Below, piece after piece: positions 26,049 to 39,506 of a stretch of 64,000 nucleotides of DNA. Under the pieces are notes generated by a model. That model did no database searches and was not told the origin of the DNA. It was given only the letters and a program-made list of their open reading frames with translations. Origin of the DNA: Paraspadella gotoi (taxonomy: Eukaryota > Animalia > Chaetognatha); NCBI GenBank assembly GCA_051294375.1, contig CM119264.1:30231656-30295655 (forward strand). Direction: 5' to 3'. The translations under genes and the position numbers were made by a program. The number at the start of each line of letters is the position of its first letter. Positions within the stretch are counted from its first letter, which is position 1.

Positions 26049-27166
26049 GGTCCGGGATCACTCAATTCAAATTATAATTAGCGCTAAAACCGAGCTCGAT
26101 TTCGCAAGGAGGCATCCTGCAGATTGTCTCGAAGATGCGTCGCTATTCACTTTACTATTTTTTTAAAGGCGTTATCGTTTTTTAGATTTTTTGTACTATA
26201 TAAATAAAAGAAACCTATTTGAAGAGTTGCAGCCCAAACGGTAATGCGGTTTCTCATGAAATTTGCATGGATTACTTGTAGGTCACGAACTCCAATTCTA
26301 TGAAAAGATACTTTCAAAATTTTGCCTTCCTTCATAGAAAATTTGATTATTTTAGTCAATTTTTTGGGATAAATTCCTTGATATCTTTGAAACGAAAAAC
26401 ATTTTTCCACAAAAACGCGCTCATAGAATCTCCCCCACCTTTCCTTTCTTGCCCAAGATATTTTTTCTTCAAGAAGAGTTCCTGTGGTTTGAGCTGCAAC
26501 TCTTCGTTTTTAACTTCACTTCGTCAAAAAGTTAAATTCTGTACTCATTACTTTTGCAAGATTCACCACAACTTACACAAGCACAGGGATGTGATGATGG
26601 AGTTTGTTCAACGCCGATGTCTTAAAAAAAATGGCTTACTGTTTTTAATTTTTTTAAATTCAGATTTGATTTTTTTTTCAGAGATTCCCTAGAAAAAGAG
26701 GCAACTATTTTATGATATAAACATTTACATAAAGTAAAAAGTCAAATTGAAATAAATTCGATAAGTTTTTTAACTCATGAAACTTATAAAAGCATAAAAA
26801 CCCATCTGAAAAAATGTGTAGAGTAGTTTGTTTAGATTTATTAGTGATACAACTCAAGTACGGAGTTGGTACCAAAGGAAGAATTAAATATAAGAAGTAG
26901 AAATTGAGCTTACTGTAAAGAATCAGTTTTAAGTTAAAAATTTGGTTGTAGAAATTTAGCTTACATTTAAAAAAATAATTTTTCTCTTGAAAATCTAGCT
27001 TTACCGAAGAAAAAAATTTTTTTTAAATTTTTATGAACATTTTAGGTAGATTTTTAAAAGTTTTCGATTATTTTTTAATAGAAAACCTCTTACAAGATGT
27101 GAGAAAATGATTTAAGATACAGTAAATTAAGATTTCTTACAATATTAAGTTGAGTGATCCCTGGCC
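26049..27166. mobile_element. Non-autonomous DNA transposon, Kolobok-like (TTAA TSD, GG termini), 1118 bp
   Basis: TTAA|GGTCCGGGATCACTCAATT ... AGTTGAGTGATCCCTGGCC|TTAA; TIRs match 16 of 19; no transposase ORF; mirror copy at 27769-28853. Confidence 0.75.
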
Positions 27167-27389
27167 TTAAATTCATATATAAATAAATCAATAAGTTTAA
27201 GTAATTTTATCTAATTCTAATAATTTTTTTCAAAATAATCTTTCTCTTCCCCGCTCACCTAAATCCATAAACGGAGTGGATCGCCACCCAGCTGGGTCCA
27301 GCTGGCTAATCTATTTCGTCCACGAAATCTGAAACTGGATGTCGAATCTGATATCATGGGTTGGGGGAGGGAGAGGATGGGGTAAGGGT

Positions 27390-27545
27390 TGGATGCTGGA
27401 GTGAGGGGTGAGGGATGCTGNNNNNNNNNNNNNNNNNNNNNNNNNTCACCCTCAACTCCAGCAATCCCTAATCCAGCATGCCTCACCTCACCCCAGCATC
27501 CCTCACCCCTCACTCAGCATCCTAAGACCCCTCACTCCAGCATCC
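27390..27545. repeat. Minisatellite GGATGCTGGAGTGAGGGGTGAG at the palindrome centre; resumes forward at 33298-33348
   Basis: Forward before the gap, reverse after it, forward again where the right arm ends. Confidence 0.8.
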
Positions 27546-29461
27546 AGCCCTTACCCCACCTCTCCCTCCCCCAACCCATGATATCAGATTCGACATCCAG
27601 TTTATAGTTTTGTGGACGAAATAGATTAGCCAGCTGGACCAGCTGGGTGGCGATCCACTCCGTTATTGGATTTAGGTGAGCGGGGAAGAGAAAGATTATT
27701 TTGAAAAAAATTATTAGAATTAGATAAATTACTTAAACTTATTGATTTATTATTATATATGAATTTAAGGCAGGGATCACTACAACTTAATATTGTAGTA
27801 ACATTAATTTACTGTATCTTAATCATTTTCTCACATCTTGTAAGAGGTTTTCTATTAAAATAAATCGAAAACTTTAAAAAATCTACCTAAAATGTTCTAT
27901 AAAAATTTAAAAAAATTTTTTTCTTCGGTAAAGCTAGATTTCAGAGAAAAATATTTTTTAAATGTAAGCTAAATTTCTACAACCAAATTTTTAACTAAAA
28001 CTGATTCTTTACAGCTAAGCTCAATTTCTACTCTATACTTTAATTCTTCCTTTGGTAACAAGTCCATTACTTGGTTTTCACTAATAAATCTAAAACAAAA
28101 ACTCTATCACATTTTTTCAGATGGGTTTTTATGCTTTGATGAGTTTCATGAGTTAAAAACTTATCGAATTTATTTCAATTTGACTTACTTTATGTAAATG
28201 TTTATATCATAAAAAGTTCGCTATTTTCTAGGGAATCTCTGAAAAAAAATCCAATCTGAATTTAAAAAAATTAAAAACAGTAAGCCATTTTTTAAAGACA
28301 CGGCGTTGAACAATCTCCACATCACTCCCGTGCTTGTGTAAGTTGTGGTGACTCTGCAAAAGTAATGAGAACAGAATTTAACTTTCTTGACTGAAGTGAA
28401 GTTAAAACGAAGAGTGCAGCTCAAACCACAGGACTCTTCTTGAAGAAAAATATCTTTGGGCAAGAAAGGAAAGGTGGGGAGATTCTATGAGCGCGTTTTT
28501 TTGGGAAAAATGTTTTTCGTTTCAAAGATATCAAGGAATTTATCCCAAAAATATGACTAAAATACAAATTTTCTATGAAGGAAGGCAAATTTTGAAAAGT
28601 ATCTTTTCATAGAATTGGAGTGTCTGTGACCTACAAGTAATCCATGCAAATTTCATGAAAACCGCATTACCGTTTGGCTGCAACTCTTCAAATAGGTTTT
28701 CTTTTTATTTATTAGTACAAAAAAATCTAAAAAACGATAACGCCTTTAAAAAATAGTAAAGTGATACATTTTCGGAATCGTCAGGAAGCTTCTCCTTTCG
28801 AAATCCGAGCTCGTTTTAGCCTAATTATAATTTTGAATTGAGTGATCCGGACCTTAATAATAGAGTAGTTAGGTAAGTTTTGTTTTTTATTTTATTTCAA
28901 ATCATTGGGTAGATAACTGGACAAACTTTAAAAATAATAATTTTTAAAACTACAACCTTCCCTTTAATTTTTTCATTTTTCAATATTGTATTTATTAATA
29001 TTAACATTGAAATTCTGCCTAAGCGCGATTAACGAAGGAGAAAGCTGATATTAAAAAATAAAAAGAAACGAAAAATGAATGAATAAAAAAAAAGGTAATA
29101 ACTGTGGAGGCTTTTATTCAGGTCGCGTCTAAGTCGCTTAATAACGAAATACATGAAGAAACTTCAGGAGAGAAGTTATTTATGTCGTAGAGAAGAGAAA
29201 TAGAAAGGAAAGATAGGAAGTTGGAAAAGAGGAAATAAGAAATAGGAAAATAGGAAAATAATGAAAAGAAAGAAAATAGAAAAAGAAAACAAATTAAAAA
29301 TGAAAGGAAAGAGAAAAATATAAAATGCATTTGTGCATTGTTACATTCTAGATTAGCAACTGAAACAAAAACTATAACAACAACAAGACAACAAAACAAT
29401 AAATACAACAACAACACAATCACAACACCACAACAACAACCACAACAACCAACGACGACGC

Positions 29462-29499
<38 letters not shown>

Positions 29500-29726
29500 A
29501 CTCTTTCCTTCTCGAATCGTAAAAAAAGAACGCCTCCCCCGGAATAAGTAGGATCGATTTCGTCGTCGTCGCGTCGTCGTCGTCGTCCTCTTGTCGTCGT
29601 CACTCGTCGTCGTCTCTGCGTTGAATACGAGACGAACTCGCGGTTTCCATAGCGACAAAAAAAACGCTGCCATCAAACACGACGACGCCCACCGCACGTA
29701 ATCAACTGCTATCGAAGGCTTCATCT

Positions 29727-29759
<33 letters not shown>

Positions 29760-30427
29760 TCTCTCTCTCTCTTCTCTCTCTTCTCTTATTCTCTCTCTTC
29801 TCTCTCTCTCTTCTCTCTCTTCTCTAACACGCGCGTGGTGTCATATATTAATATCAAGTCCAGCGTCACAACATCATTATTTACTTAGTTAATTAATATT
29901 GCACTGAAATAATCGTTAAGCTCGATAATATTTACCATCATTATCAATCATCATTATCAGAATCTCTCTCTCTCTCTTTCACTGACCCTTTATATCTGAC
30001 GGATGACTCATCTTTTCTTTTCTTTCCAATTCTCGATTTTTGACTCATGAATTTTTTTTTCCTTTTTATCCTCTCTCTCTTTTCTTCTCTCTCTCTCTTT
30101 GTTTCCTTTCTCTTTTTTTTTTCTCTCTCTCTCTCTCTCTTCTCTCTCTCGTTCTCTCTCTCTCTCTCTCTCTATCTCTCTCCTCCTCTCTCTCCCACTT
30201 ATCTCTATCCTCCTAAACTGAGATTTCTCTCTCCTTTTCCTCTTCCTCTCTTCATCTTTCTATCTTCTCTTTCTTTCCTCCCGTAATCTTCTCTCTAACC
30301 CATCTCCCTTTTATCACTCCTCCTCTTTTCCTCCCTCCTTCCTCCTTCCTTCCTCTCTCTCCTCCTCCTCTATCCGTGTGGGCGTCATTTATCATTTTCT
30401 TCGACGATATCGTTTCCGGTTTCTCTT

Positions 30428-30469
<42 letters not shown>

Positions 30470-33400
30470 ACGTCGTTGTCATAATCATCATCATCATCAT
30501 CATCATCGTCTTCATGGTCGTTATCTTCGTCGTCGTCATCATTATCGTCGTCGTCGTCGTCTTCGTCGTCGTCATCATCGTCGTTGTCTTCACTTAACGA
30601 TTTCTCTTTCTCACTTTCGACGTTCAGACCACAGCAGCCCAAACCCAAATCACCAATCACCATCTTAATCACCAATCACATATGTTGGTTCAACTTTGAG
30701 GCGAGAAAAATTACTGAATCAAATTAAATAATTAAAATAAATTTAATTAAATAATTAATAATTTATTTACATTAAATCAATTAGTGGGTGACCATGTAAA
30801 AGACCTAATTTCTCTCGAGCGCCATTTCGTCGCGAAGTCTCACCTTGAAAATCGACGAACGATGTTCCAAACCGCCCCCCTCCTAAGCCCCCAACGCCGA
30901 CGCCGCAATAACCGACACAGGCTGCGACTTTTGCCGACGAATGAAAAACGAGAACGATGCATGGACGGGCTGGCGGCAATGGTGCGCAGGCGGCATGGTG
31001 GCATGCGCGCATGGAGTAATATAGTGCGAGAGAAAATTGAGCGGCAATCGGTTTTGTCTGTCGTTGTCAATCGGTCGTCTTCGTTCGTCGTCGTCCTCGT
31101 CGTCGTCAATCATCGGTCCGTCGTCTTCGTCGTCTATGCGTATCGTCCCCTTGTTTGTGCTATCACCCTCGTCGTGTCTTCGCTGCATCCTCATCTGTTT
31201 CCATCTTTCTGCGTTTGACATTCGTCTGAAAGATGGACTGAGACTTGATTTTTTATTATACTTTTGAATTTAATAACTCGATCTTTCAAAAGAAGAAGAT
31301 GAAGTTGAAAAGAATGAAGTAAATGATGTCAAAGATGAATGATTGAATGAATGAAATGAATGAACTGATATGAAATGAATGAATGAATGAATGAATGAAT
31401 GAATGAATATAATCAATTAATCAATCAATCAATCAATAAATGGAGGAATAAATGAATGGCTTTACAAGTTAATTGAATTAATGAATTAATGAATGAATTA
31501 ATAATGACATGAATGAATTATTTAATTAATTAATTAATGAATCCAAGTTTTCACAACTTTCGTCAATTGAAAAAGGTAAGACTTTGTACAGTCCGTCATG
31601 GCGACTAAAAAGGCTGAGCGACTTCCGTCAAAGCGCACTCGACTGTACGATTTCCGTTCTTAAACCAAATCTATGTACTCCTTTAAACCTACCTTCTTGT
31701 ATCCCGGCCTTTTTTAATGTTTATCGACCTGAGGTCGCCATTTGCCTTTGTTGTCTCGCGTCGTCGTCGTCCGTCGTCATCGTCGTCGTCTCCCGTCTCA
31801 GGGCCGAGTGTTCATCAAAAGGCGAATCACGGCGGAAGAATAAGAAATCCCCCCCTCCTTCTGTGAGAAGACTCCTGGCCAAAATCACTGTGGACGGGAA
31901 ATATACCACCGCCTCCAAATCACTCGGGAGTGAAAATTCGGACGGTCATTTTCCAAAGAAGCCCCAGTTCTGTTTGATGAATTAAATATAAGTATTTTAA
32001 ATGTTTTTGGATGAAAAATTAGGGTTAAGTGGATTAGTGTTAAGGATTGGAAAGATTATATGATGGTTTGATTAGGTTATGGATTAGGGACTGAAACTTT
32101 CAGGATTATTTAAAGGATTATACGTTTTTGTATTATTGGTTAATATCTTTTATAAATAAAAAGATTATTCTAACTTCCTAAGTATTAGGAATAAGAAAAT
32201 GGGGCGGCGTTTAGGGAAATAATGCGAAATGTAATCAAACCAACCTTAGAATAATATTCTCCTCAGAAACAATAAATTTTATATTTAAAACTTTTTGAAA
32301 GATTTACTTATGTAGGTGTGTAGTTGGGCATTGCATAATTTTCACCCCGACAGTTCACCATACACCGTCAGTCATGACCCGAGCGTATGGTAAATGAGCA
32401 TATCTAAGAAGCATCACATTTTGACTCCAATACTTTGACTGAACAATAGATTGGAAATAGAACGAGACACAAACGTGAAAAATGACCCCATTTGACCTCA
32501 AAGAAACAACCGCGAAGACAGAGCAGTGCACATTACTCACGCGCGTAAACTTACTTTAATTGCAAGGAAAACTCCCAAAAACTCCTTCCAGAAGCCCATG
32601 GTCTACCAAACGAATTCACACCTTCCTGAACCCGCTCTATACCAAAGAAGAAACCTCTAGCGCCTGGAGGGACATCGCACGCTCGGGTTGCGTATACGAA
32701 GCGACGAAAGACGATCGACGACGACGACGCAACGACGACAAGACAGACGACGACGATGAAACGACGACGACGAAATGTATCGCAAAGAAAGACGACGATG
32801 ATGCAAAACGAACGCAACGAAGAGGAAGACGATAAGACGGACAAGGTAGACAACGACGATCGCAAAGAATAAAGACGCACGAACGATTGACAAGACGAAT
32901 CACGACGACAACGAAAATGGACGCAAAGAAAGGCAATGATAGATGACAACGACGATGACGATCGAATTGACAAACGACGACAAAGAGGAAGAACGTTTAA
33001 AGACGAACGAGGTAGGACGACGACGACTCCAAGAAATAAGAAGACGATGATGACAACGACGATACGAACGAACGACAAGACGACGCGATGACACGAAAGA
33101 TAATATCGCAAAGAAGAGACGACATATGACAACGACGATGAAACGGAACGATGAAAGACGACAAGGCAGACGGCAAGACAATCAAAGACGACGAGGTTAT
33201 GACGACGACGCCAAAGAATGAAGCGACGACGATGACAAGGACGAATACGACACCGAAGACGATGAAGACGACGACGACGACGACAAGGTTCAGTCCAGGG
33301 ATGCTGGAGTGAGGGGTGAGGGATTCTGGGGTGAGGGATCAAGAATAAAGGGAGAAGAAACAAGAGCGGAAATTAAAATGTGTGTTGCGCTGAAGTGACT

Positions 33401-33513
33401 TTCTTAGTCCATCTTTTATTCTTTAAACTTTTAAGTTTTCCTAAAGGCGACGTTAGCAGTCCCTTAGTTTGGAAGTTTTTTCCAACTATAGCGAGTTCTG
33501 ACCATTTTTAACA

Positions 33514-33627
33514 TAAGTGGGACAGACCGAGGGACAGACTTACCGACCGCCCGACCGTCCGACCGACAGATCGACCGAAAAGTGCCTCATAGAGTCGCTC
33601 CGCGAGTACTCGAGTCCCAACTAAAAA
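33514..33627 (-). mobile_element. Helentron/DINE-1 (HINE)-like terminus
   Basis: (GACC/GACA)n followed by AAAAGTGCCTCATAGAGTCGCTCCGCGAGTACTCGAGTCCCAACTAAAAA; homologous to 5341-5461. Confidence 0.55.
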
Positions 33628-33649
33628 TGTCAGGTCGAGCGAAAAAAAA

Positions 33650-33896
33650 ATCGGGAGATCGAATTGCCATCGGGTATTACCATATGATCCCAGTTGAAAT
33701 ATGATTATTGTTACCATTTGATTCCGATTATCCTCTGATATCCGTTGCCATAGGATCCCCGTTGCAATTGCATTTCTGTTGCCATCGGATCCCGGTTGCC
33801 ATCAGATTTCAATAGTAACTGGATCAATGTTGCCATTCGACGCTTTCCATCACCGTCAGATCCCCATTGCTATATGATTCCCGTTAGCTCCCGATT
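33650..33896. mobile_element. Small element with short TIR (ATCGGGAG/CTCCCGAT) and internal GTTGCCATCGGATCCC-like repeats
   Basis: 8-9 bp inverted termini and several degenerate internal units. Confidence 0.35.
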
Positions 33897-34628
33897 CAAT
33901 TTTCCATATAATCCACGTTGCCACCCGGTCCCCCTTATTTACCATCTGGTCTTCTCTGTACAAATTTATATTTTATTTTCCGCGCGAAACGAAAAACCGT
34001 TTGACCGAAAAAACGACGAACGACGAACGACGACGACGAAAAATCTTTTGACGTCGTTCGACGCAGACGTGAAAACGTGAGAGTCACGTGATTCGATCAT
34101 AACCCGTGAACCGAAATGATCCGTCGACTCACCATAACACCACCGAGTCTCTCACCATCACAGGCATCACAGGCGAATCCGTGACATCGTCAACCCTGGA
34201 CCATTGGACTCTCCCGGTCCCCTACTCCCCCCCCCCTAACCGCTCACGGATGATCGATAGAGATTGTCAACATGACTCCCGACCCTTAGGGCCAATTGGG
34301 CCACGCCTACTCTTTCAGATGAAGCAGAGTTGCTTCGCTCCAGGGGACAGTCTGGACAGTGGACACTCTCGACCATCCACTGGAGATTTTGATTATTATT
34401 GAGGAAATGAAATTGTCAATCGAATCTTTAAAAATTCTAATAATTTTTTTTTTGCTTCTTCCATTCAAACGTCTGTCGCAAAGCTTAAAATTATTTTAAA
34501 TTCTTTTTATTATTGTTTAATTACCAAATGTAAACCGAAATCTTTCTTCTTGTATCATTATAAAAATGTATGCCACGTCGTGGAACTAAACTAATTAGAT
34601 GGAATTTTCTAATTTTATAAAAATCGAT

Positions 34629-34671
<43 letters not shown>

Positions 34672-35019
34672 TCCCGGGCTTAACCCCTCTAGCTTTCAAA
34701 CCCATTCGCCATTCCACCACTCCGTGCATCATACCAGTCAGCTCATCCGCCTGTCATCAAGGCCCAGGCCCGCCCCCCCTCAAATGTGGCTGTGTTTATC
34801 CCTTTTCTGGTCCTCTTTATCCATTTTTCAATGGCGGCATCAAACGAGCGGGTCTGACCATCTGGACGCAATTTATATCATTTCGTCCGCCTTATTTCTT
34901 TTTCTTTTTTTGATGTACACAACATTTTTTTTTCAAAATTGCCACCGGATCAAGTCCGCCTTCAAATTCATGAATGAAAAAAGGTGTTGATTTTTTATGT
35001 TGGAGATTTTATATTTTAA

Positions 35020-35270
35020 GACTTAACTTTTCACTTAACTTGACTTTGAGTTGATCTGATTTGACTTGACATGACTTAACATGACTAGACTTTGACATGA
35101 CTTAACATGACTTGACTCAAATTGAGTTGACCTGGTTTGATTTTACTTGACTTTAGTCGAGTTGATTTTAATTTATCTGGAATTTTCTTTTCTTTTCTTT
35201 TCTTTTCTTTTCTTTTCTTTTCTTTTCTTTTCTTTTCTTTTCTTTTCTTTACTTTACTTTACTTAACTTT
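35020..35270. repeat. (TGACT)n and (TTTTC)n pentamer microsatellites
   Basis: Direct reading. Confidence 0.85.
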
Positions 35271-35674
35271 TCTTTTTTTCTCTTTTCTCTTTATCTTTCT
35301 TTTTATTTCTTTTTATTTTTTCCCTTCATTTTCCTTTATCTTTTCTCTCTTTCCTTTCCTTCCCTTTTTCTGTTTATTAATAATTCTTTAAAAAGATTTT
35401 TCTCTCGTTAAAAGTTGAACGATTCACGTTTTTGTTCAAAACAAGAAATAATTATAAACAAACCATTCGTCAAGAGCAAAATAAATAATCGAAGTAAACA
35501 ATAAATCTTCAAGCGGAGAAAAGTGTTTCCATCGCGATTCTCGTTCTGCCCACAAAAAAAAAAGACAAAAAAAAAAAAACAAAAACATAAAAAAAAACAA
35601 AACACATTTTTGTTTTTTCAGAAATCTAAAAAAAAAACGCGCGAGTTTCTCTCCTCTCGGGTCATCCGTTTTTG

Positions 35675-35975
35675 CGGCCTTATTTTTCAAAAGCAACCCA
35701 TTTCAGCTTAAGTTCAGAATTGGGTAAATTTAGGTTAAGGGTTTGGGATAATGGTTTGGTTAAGGATTAGGGGTTAGTCTACAGATTTGGTTGAAGATTT
35801 TTATTATAATTAAAGATTAGGATATATTGTTAGGAAATAAGGTTAGGGATTTGGGTTAAAGATTAAGGTTAGAGTTTCAGTCAAATATTTTATAAAATAT
35901 TACAGTTAAATGTTTCTCTTAAAATTATGTTAAGGATTATAAACAGAAAAGGGACGCTTTTGGAAAATAGAGCCG
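35675..35975. mobile_element. MITE-like TIR/telomere-like family, copy 4
   Basis: CGGCCTTATTTTTCAAAAGCAACCCATTT ... AAAAGGGACGCTTTTGGAAAATAGAGCCG; core TTAGG/GTTAGGG variants. Confidence 0.7.
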
Positions 35976-36034
35976 TTTCTGCCGCCTCAAAAAATGAATG
36001 AGAAAAAAAAAGTGTCATTTCTTTTTCTTATTCC

Positions 36035-36332
36035 GGGTGTGTTTTGCATGGCATGGCATGGCACACTTTCCCTTCCACCTATTTCCAATCACTTCGCTGG
36101 GGGTGTGTTTTGGCATGGCATGGCATGGCATTGTATGGCACACTTTCCCTTTCACCTATTTCCAATCACTTCGCTGGGGGTGTGTTTTGGCATGGCATGG
36201 CATGGCATTGCATGGCACACTTTCCCTTTCACCTATTTCCAATCACTTCGCTGAGGGTGTGCTTTGGCATGGCATGGAATTGTATGGCACACGTTCCCTT
36301 TCACCTATTTCCAATCACTTCGCTGGGGGTGT
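36035..36332. repeat. 77-bp minisatellite, 4 units, with nested (GGCAT)n
   Basis: ACTTCGCTG at 36091, 36168, 36245 and 36317 (periods 77, 77, 72). Confidence 0.95.
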
Positions 36333-38281
36333 GACCTTCACGCCCAACTCGAAATTTCAGCGTCGACGAGATTTTCTCCTTCGCGTTAACGATTTCCCAC
36401 CGAATGTGTTTTTCTTTTAGCGTCGTTACGAATTCATCACTCTCTCTCTCTCTCTCTCNNNNNNNNNNNNNNNNNNNNNNNNNNNNNNNNNNNNNNNNNN
36501 NNNNNNNNNNNNNNNNNNNNNNNNNNNNNNNNNNNNNNNNNNNNNNNNNNNNNNNNNNNNNNNNNNNNNNNNNNNNNNNNNNNNNNNNNNNNNNNNNNNN
36601 NNNNNNNNNNNNNNNNNNNNNNNNNNNNNNNTTTTTATTCTCTTTTTTCCTCAAATACTTTTCCTCCCTTTTTCTTTCCTTTCCTCCCCTCTTTTTCCCC
36701 TTTTTCTCTTTTCCNNNNNNNNNNNNNNNNNNNNNNNNNNNNNNNNNNNNNNNNNNNNNNNNNNNNNNNNNNNNNNNNNNNNNNNNNNNNNNNNNNNNNN
36801 NNNNNNNNNNNNNNNNNNNNNNNNNNNNNNNNNNNNNNNNNNNNNNNNNNNNNNNNNNNNNNNNNNNNNNNNNNNNNNNNNNNNNNNNNNNNNNNNNNNN
36901 NNNNNNNNNNNNNNNNNNNNNNNNNNNNNNNNNNNNNNNNNNNNNNNNNNNNNNNNNNNNNNNNNNNNNNNNNNNNNNNNNNNNNNNNNNNNNNNNNNNN
37001 NNNNNNNNNNNNNNNNNNNNNNNNNNNNNNNNNNNNNNNNNNNNNNNNNNNNNNNNNNNNNNNNNNNNNNNNNNNNNNNNNNNNNNNNNNNNNNNNNNNN
37101 NNNNNNNNNNNNNNNNNNNNNNNNNNNNNNNNNNNNNNNNNNNNNNNNNNNNNNNNNNNNNNNNNNNNNNNNNNNNNNNNNNNNNNNNNNNNNNNNNNNN
37201 NNNNNNNNNNNNNNNNNNNNNNNNNNNNNNNNNNNNNNNNNNNNNNNNNNNNNNNNNNNNNNNNNNNNNNNNNNNNNNNNNNNNNNNNNNNNNNNNNNNN
37301 NNNNNNNNNNNNNNNNNNNNNNNNNNNNNNNNNNNNNNNNNNNNNNNNNNNNNNNNNNNNNNNNNNNNNNNNNNNNNNNNNNNNNNNNNNNNNNNNNNNN
37401 NNNNNNNNNNNNNNNNNNNNNNNNNNNNNNNNNNNNNNNNNNNNNNNNNNNNNNNNNNNNNNNNNNNNNNNNNNNNNNNNNNNNNNNNNNNNNNNNNNNN
37501 NNNNNNNNNNNNNNNNNNNNNNNNNNNNNNNNNNNNNNNNNNNNNNNNNNNNNNNNNNNNNNNNNNNNNNNNNNNNNNNNNNNNNNNNNGAGAGAGAGAG
37601 AGAGAGAGAGCGAGCGAGAGAGAGAGAGAAAGAGGTAAACCGTAAACGACTTTTTTCATCATTTTCGAAAAATTTGCGACTTCTATTTTGCATTCGCAAT
37701 TTTCCTTTTCTCGTTTTTTTGTGACAATTTATTTTTATCAGTTCAGCTTCAATCCTTTTTTCACTTCTTTCTTTTATTCTGTCATTTTTTTTATCACAGT
37801 TTCTGTCACAAACGCGTGGGATCGTCTTTCCGGTCCCTTCTCGCTTTGATCACCTTAATTGCATTCGACGTCTCACCGTCTCACCGTCTCACCGATTCAC
37901 CATCTTACTCGTTCACAGACCCCGTGAGACCGGGGTTTGTGTCACATTCCTTTGCCCAAATAATTAATTTCTTAACCTTAGTACAACTGTTATATCTTCG
38001 TATTTCCTCGTATTAGTTAGGATTTGTTAGGCTTTGCTGATAATTAGTACGAGCATTATCCGTTATATATTATAAAGTAAAGTAAAGTCATTTCTGTATT
38101 AAGAATAATTCTGTATAATAAGTTCTGTAAAGTAAGTTCTTTATAAAGTAAGTTTCTTTCTTTCCTCCATTAAATTATTAACACTTCCCAATTTAATTAT
38201 CAAGACACCTGATTTTACTTACCCATTTTTTGGATCAATTATTCTAGTTTATTTTTTAGTTTCAGCGCAGTCAAATTACTT

Positions 38282-38357
38282 GATGGTACAAAACTGGATG
38301 ATACAGAACTGGATGGTGCTAAACTGTGAAGGTACAAAAATGCGAAGGTACAAAACT
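38282..38357. repeat. 15/16-bp tandem repeat GATGGTACAAAACTG, 5 copies
   Basis: Direct reading. Confidence 0.75.
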
Positions 38358-39458
38358 CCCCTGACACTTTTCACATGAAACCTCATTCTTTTCACTCTTA
38401 ATACAACCCTCACATAAACTCCTGATATAATACTTCACTTCCAACTCCAACCTTCACCCCAAACTAGATCGATCACTCCCCCCCCACGTGGTTCGCCCAG
38501 CATTTGCCCGGGCCCCACCCCCGTCTCCACCACGCCCCACCTTAGACCAGTCTGAAGGGTCAACCAGCGGGCGAGCCAGCGTGGAAAAGTTCATCGATCA
38601 TCACTCCCTTAGATTTCCTAAGTGATCTTTTGACCAAATATCTGATCTTTAAAACTCGCTTTGCCATTTCTATTAAACGTTGAATTTCGTTTTTTTGTCT
38701 TAGTACGGAATTTATTATTTTCATTGCGGTCTTGGCGATGCAAATTGAAGTCGGTTTTTGAATTGCTGGTTTGGTTTACCACGTCGGACAGGGACATTAT
38801 AAAGTCTCAAAGGGGTCAGAAACAACTTTAATTTTGTTTATTAAAACTGATATTTTTTAATAATCAAATCAACAGCCTTTCTTCGCCTAAGTGTCTTGTT
38901 GAACATAAGGTTATTTTTTATTAATTTTGTAGAAATGCAAAGTTTGAATAACAGTGGCATTAAGTTGGCGAAAGTGAATATTCAGAATGAAAATGAGCAC
39001 TTTAGCAGAATTTTCCTTAGAGTTCAGCCAGTTATAAGGTTGTCGGGATAATTTTGGGGATCTATGCGCAAATTTTAATCTTCAAAAGGCATGTCAATGG
39101 CTGGGTCGTGGTGTCTGAGACATAACCCCTGTTGCGGTTTTTTTTGCCCGCGGGTTGGGTGGGTCCGTTTTGAAGGGGAGGAAAGAATCGGACTTTGCAG
39201 TAGAGCAGTTTATGTTAGGAATGTGAGACCGTAAATTTTTATTTTCCTATATAGATTAACAAAGAAGGTTAGCGGAAGGCGACCGAAACCGAGAGGAGAG
39301 AAAAGGAAGTGGAGATGGAGTCACCGATAGGCCGGGCTTGAGAAGTAACTAGAGAGAGAGAGAGAGAGAGATAGAGGACGTCAGAGAGAAAGAGAGAGAG
39401 AGAGAGAGAATAAGAGATGCGTAACTATCAGTCCGTCATGCTCGTTTTTGACTATCAG

Positions 39459-39506
<48 letters not shown>

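Larger units (their letters stand above)
22161..33290. repeat. ~11 kb palindrome (arms 22161-27420 and 27446-33290) centred on a 25-N gap
   Basis: Right arm is the reverse complement of the left arm throughout, with scattered indels, and supplies sequence where the left arm has Ns. Confidence 0.95.

Noticed and set aside
32551-33363. 270-aa ORF in the palindrome arm
   Set aside because: Noisy (GAC)n repeat translation not preserved in the cleaner left arm
36035-36332. CRISPR-like array
   Set aside because: Whole units repeat with no unique spacers, no cas genes, and eukaryotic context
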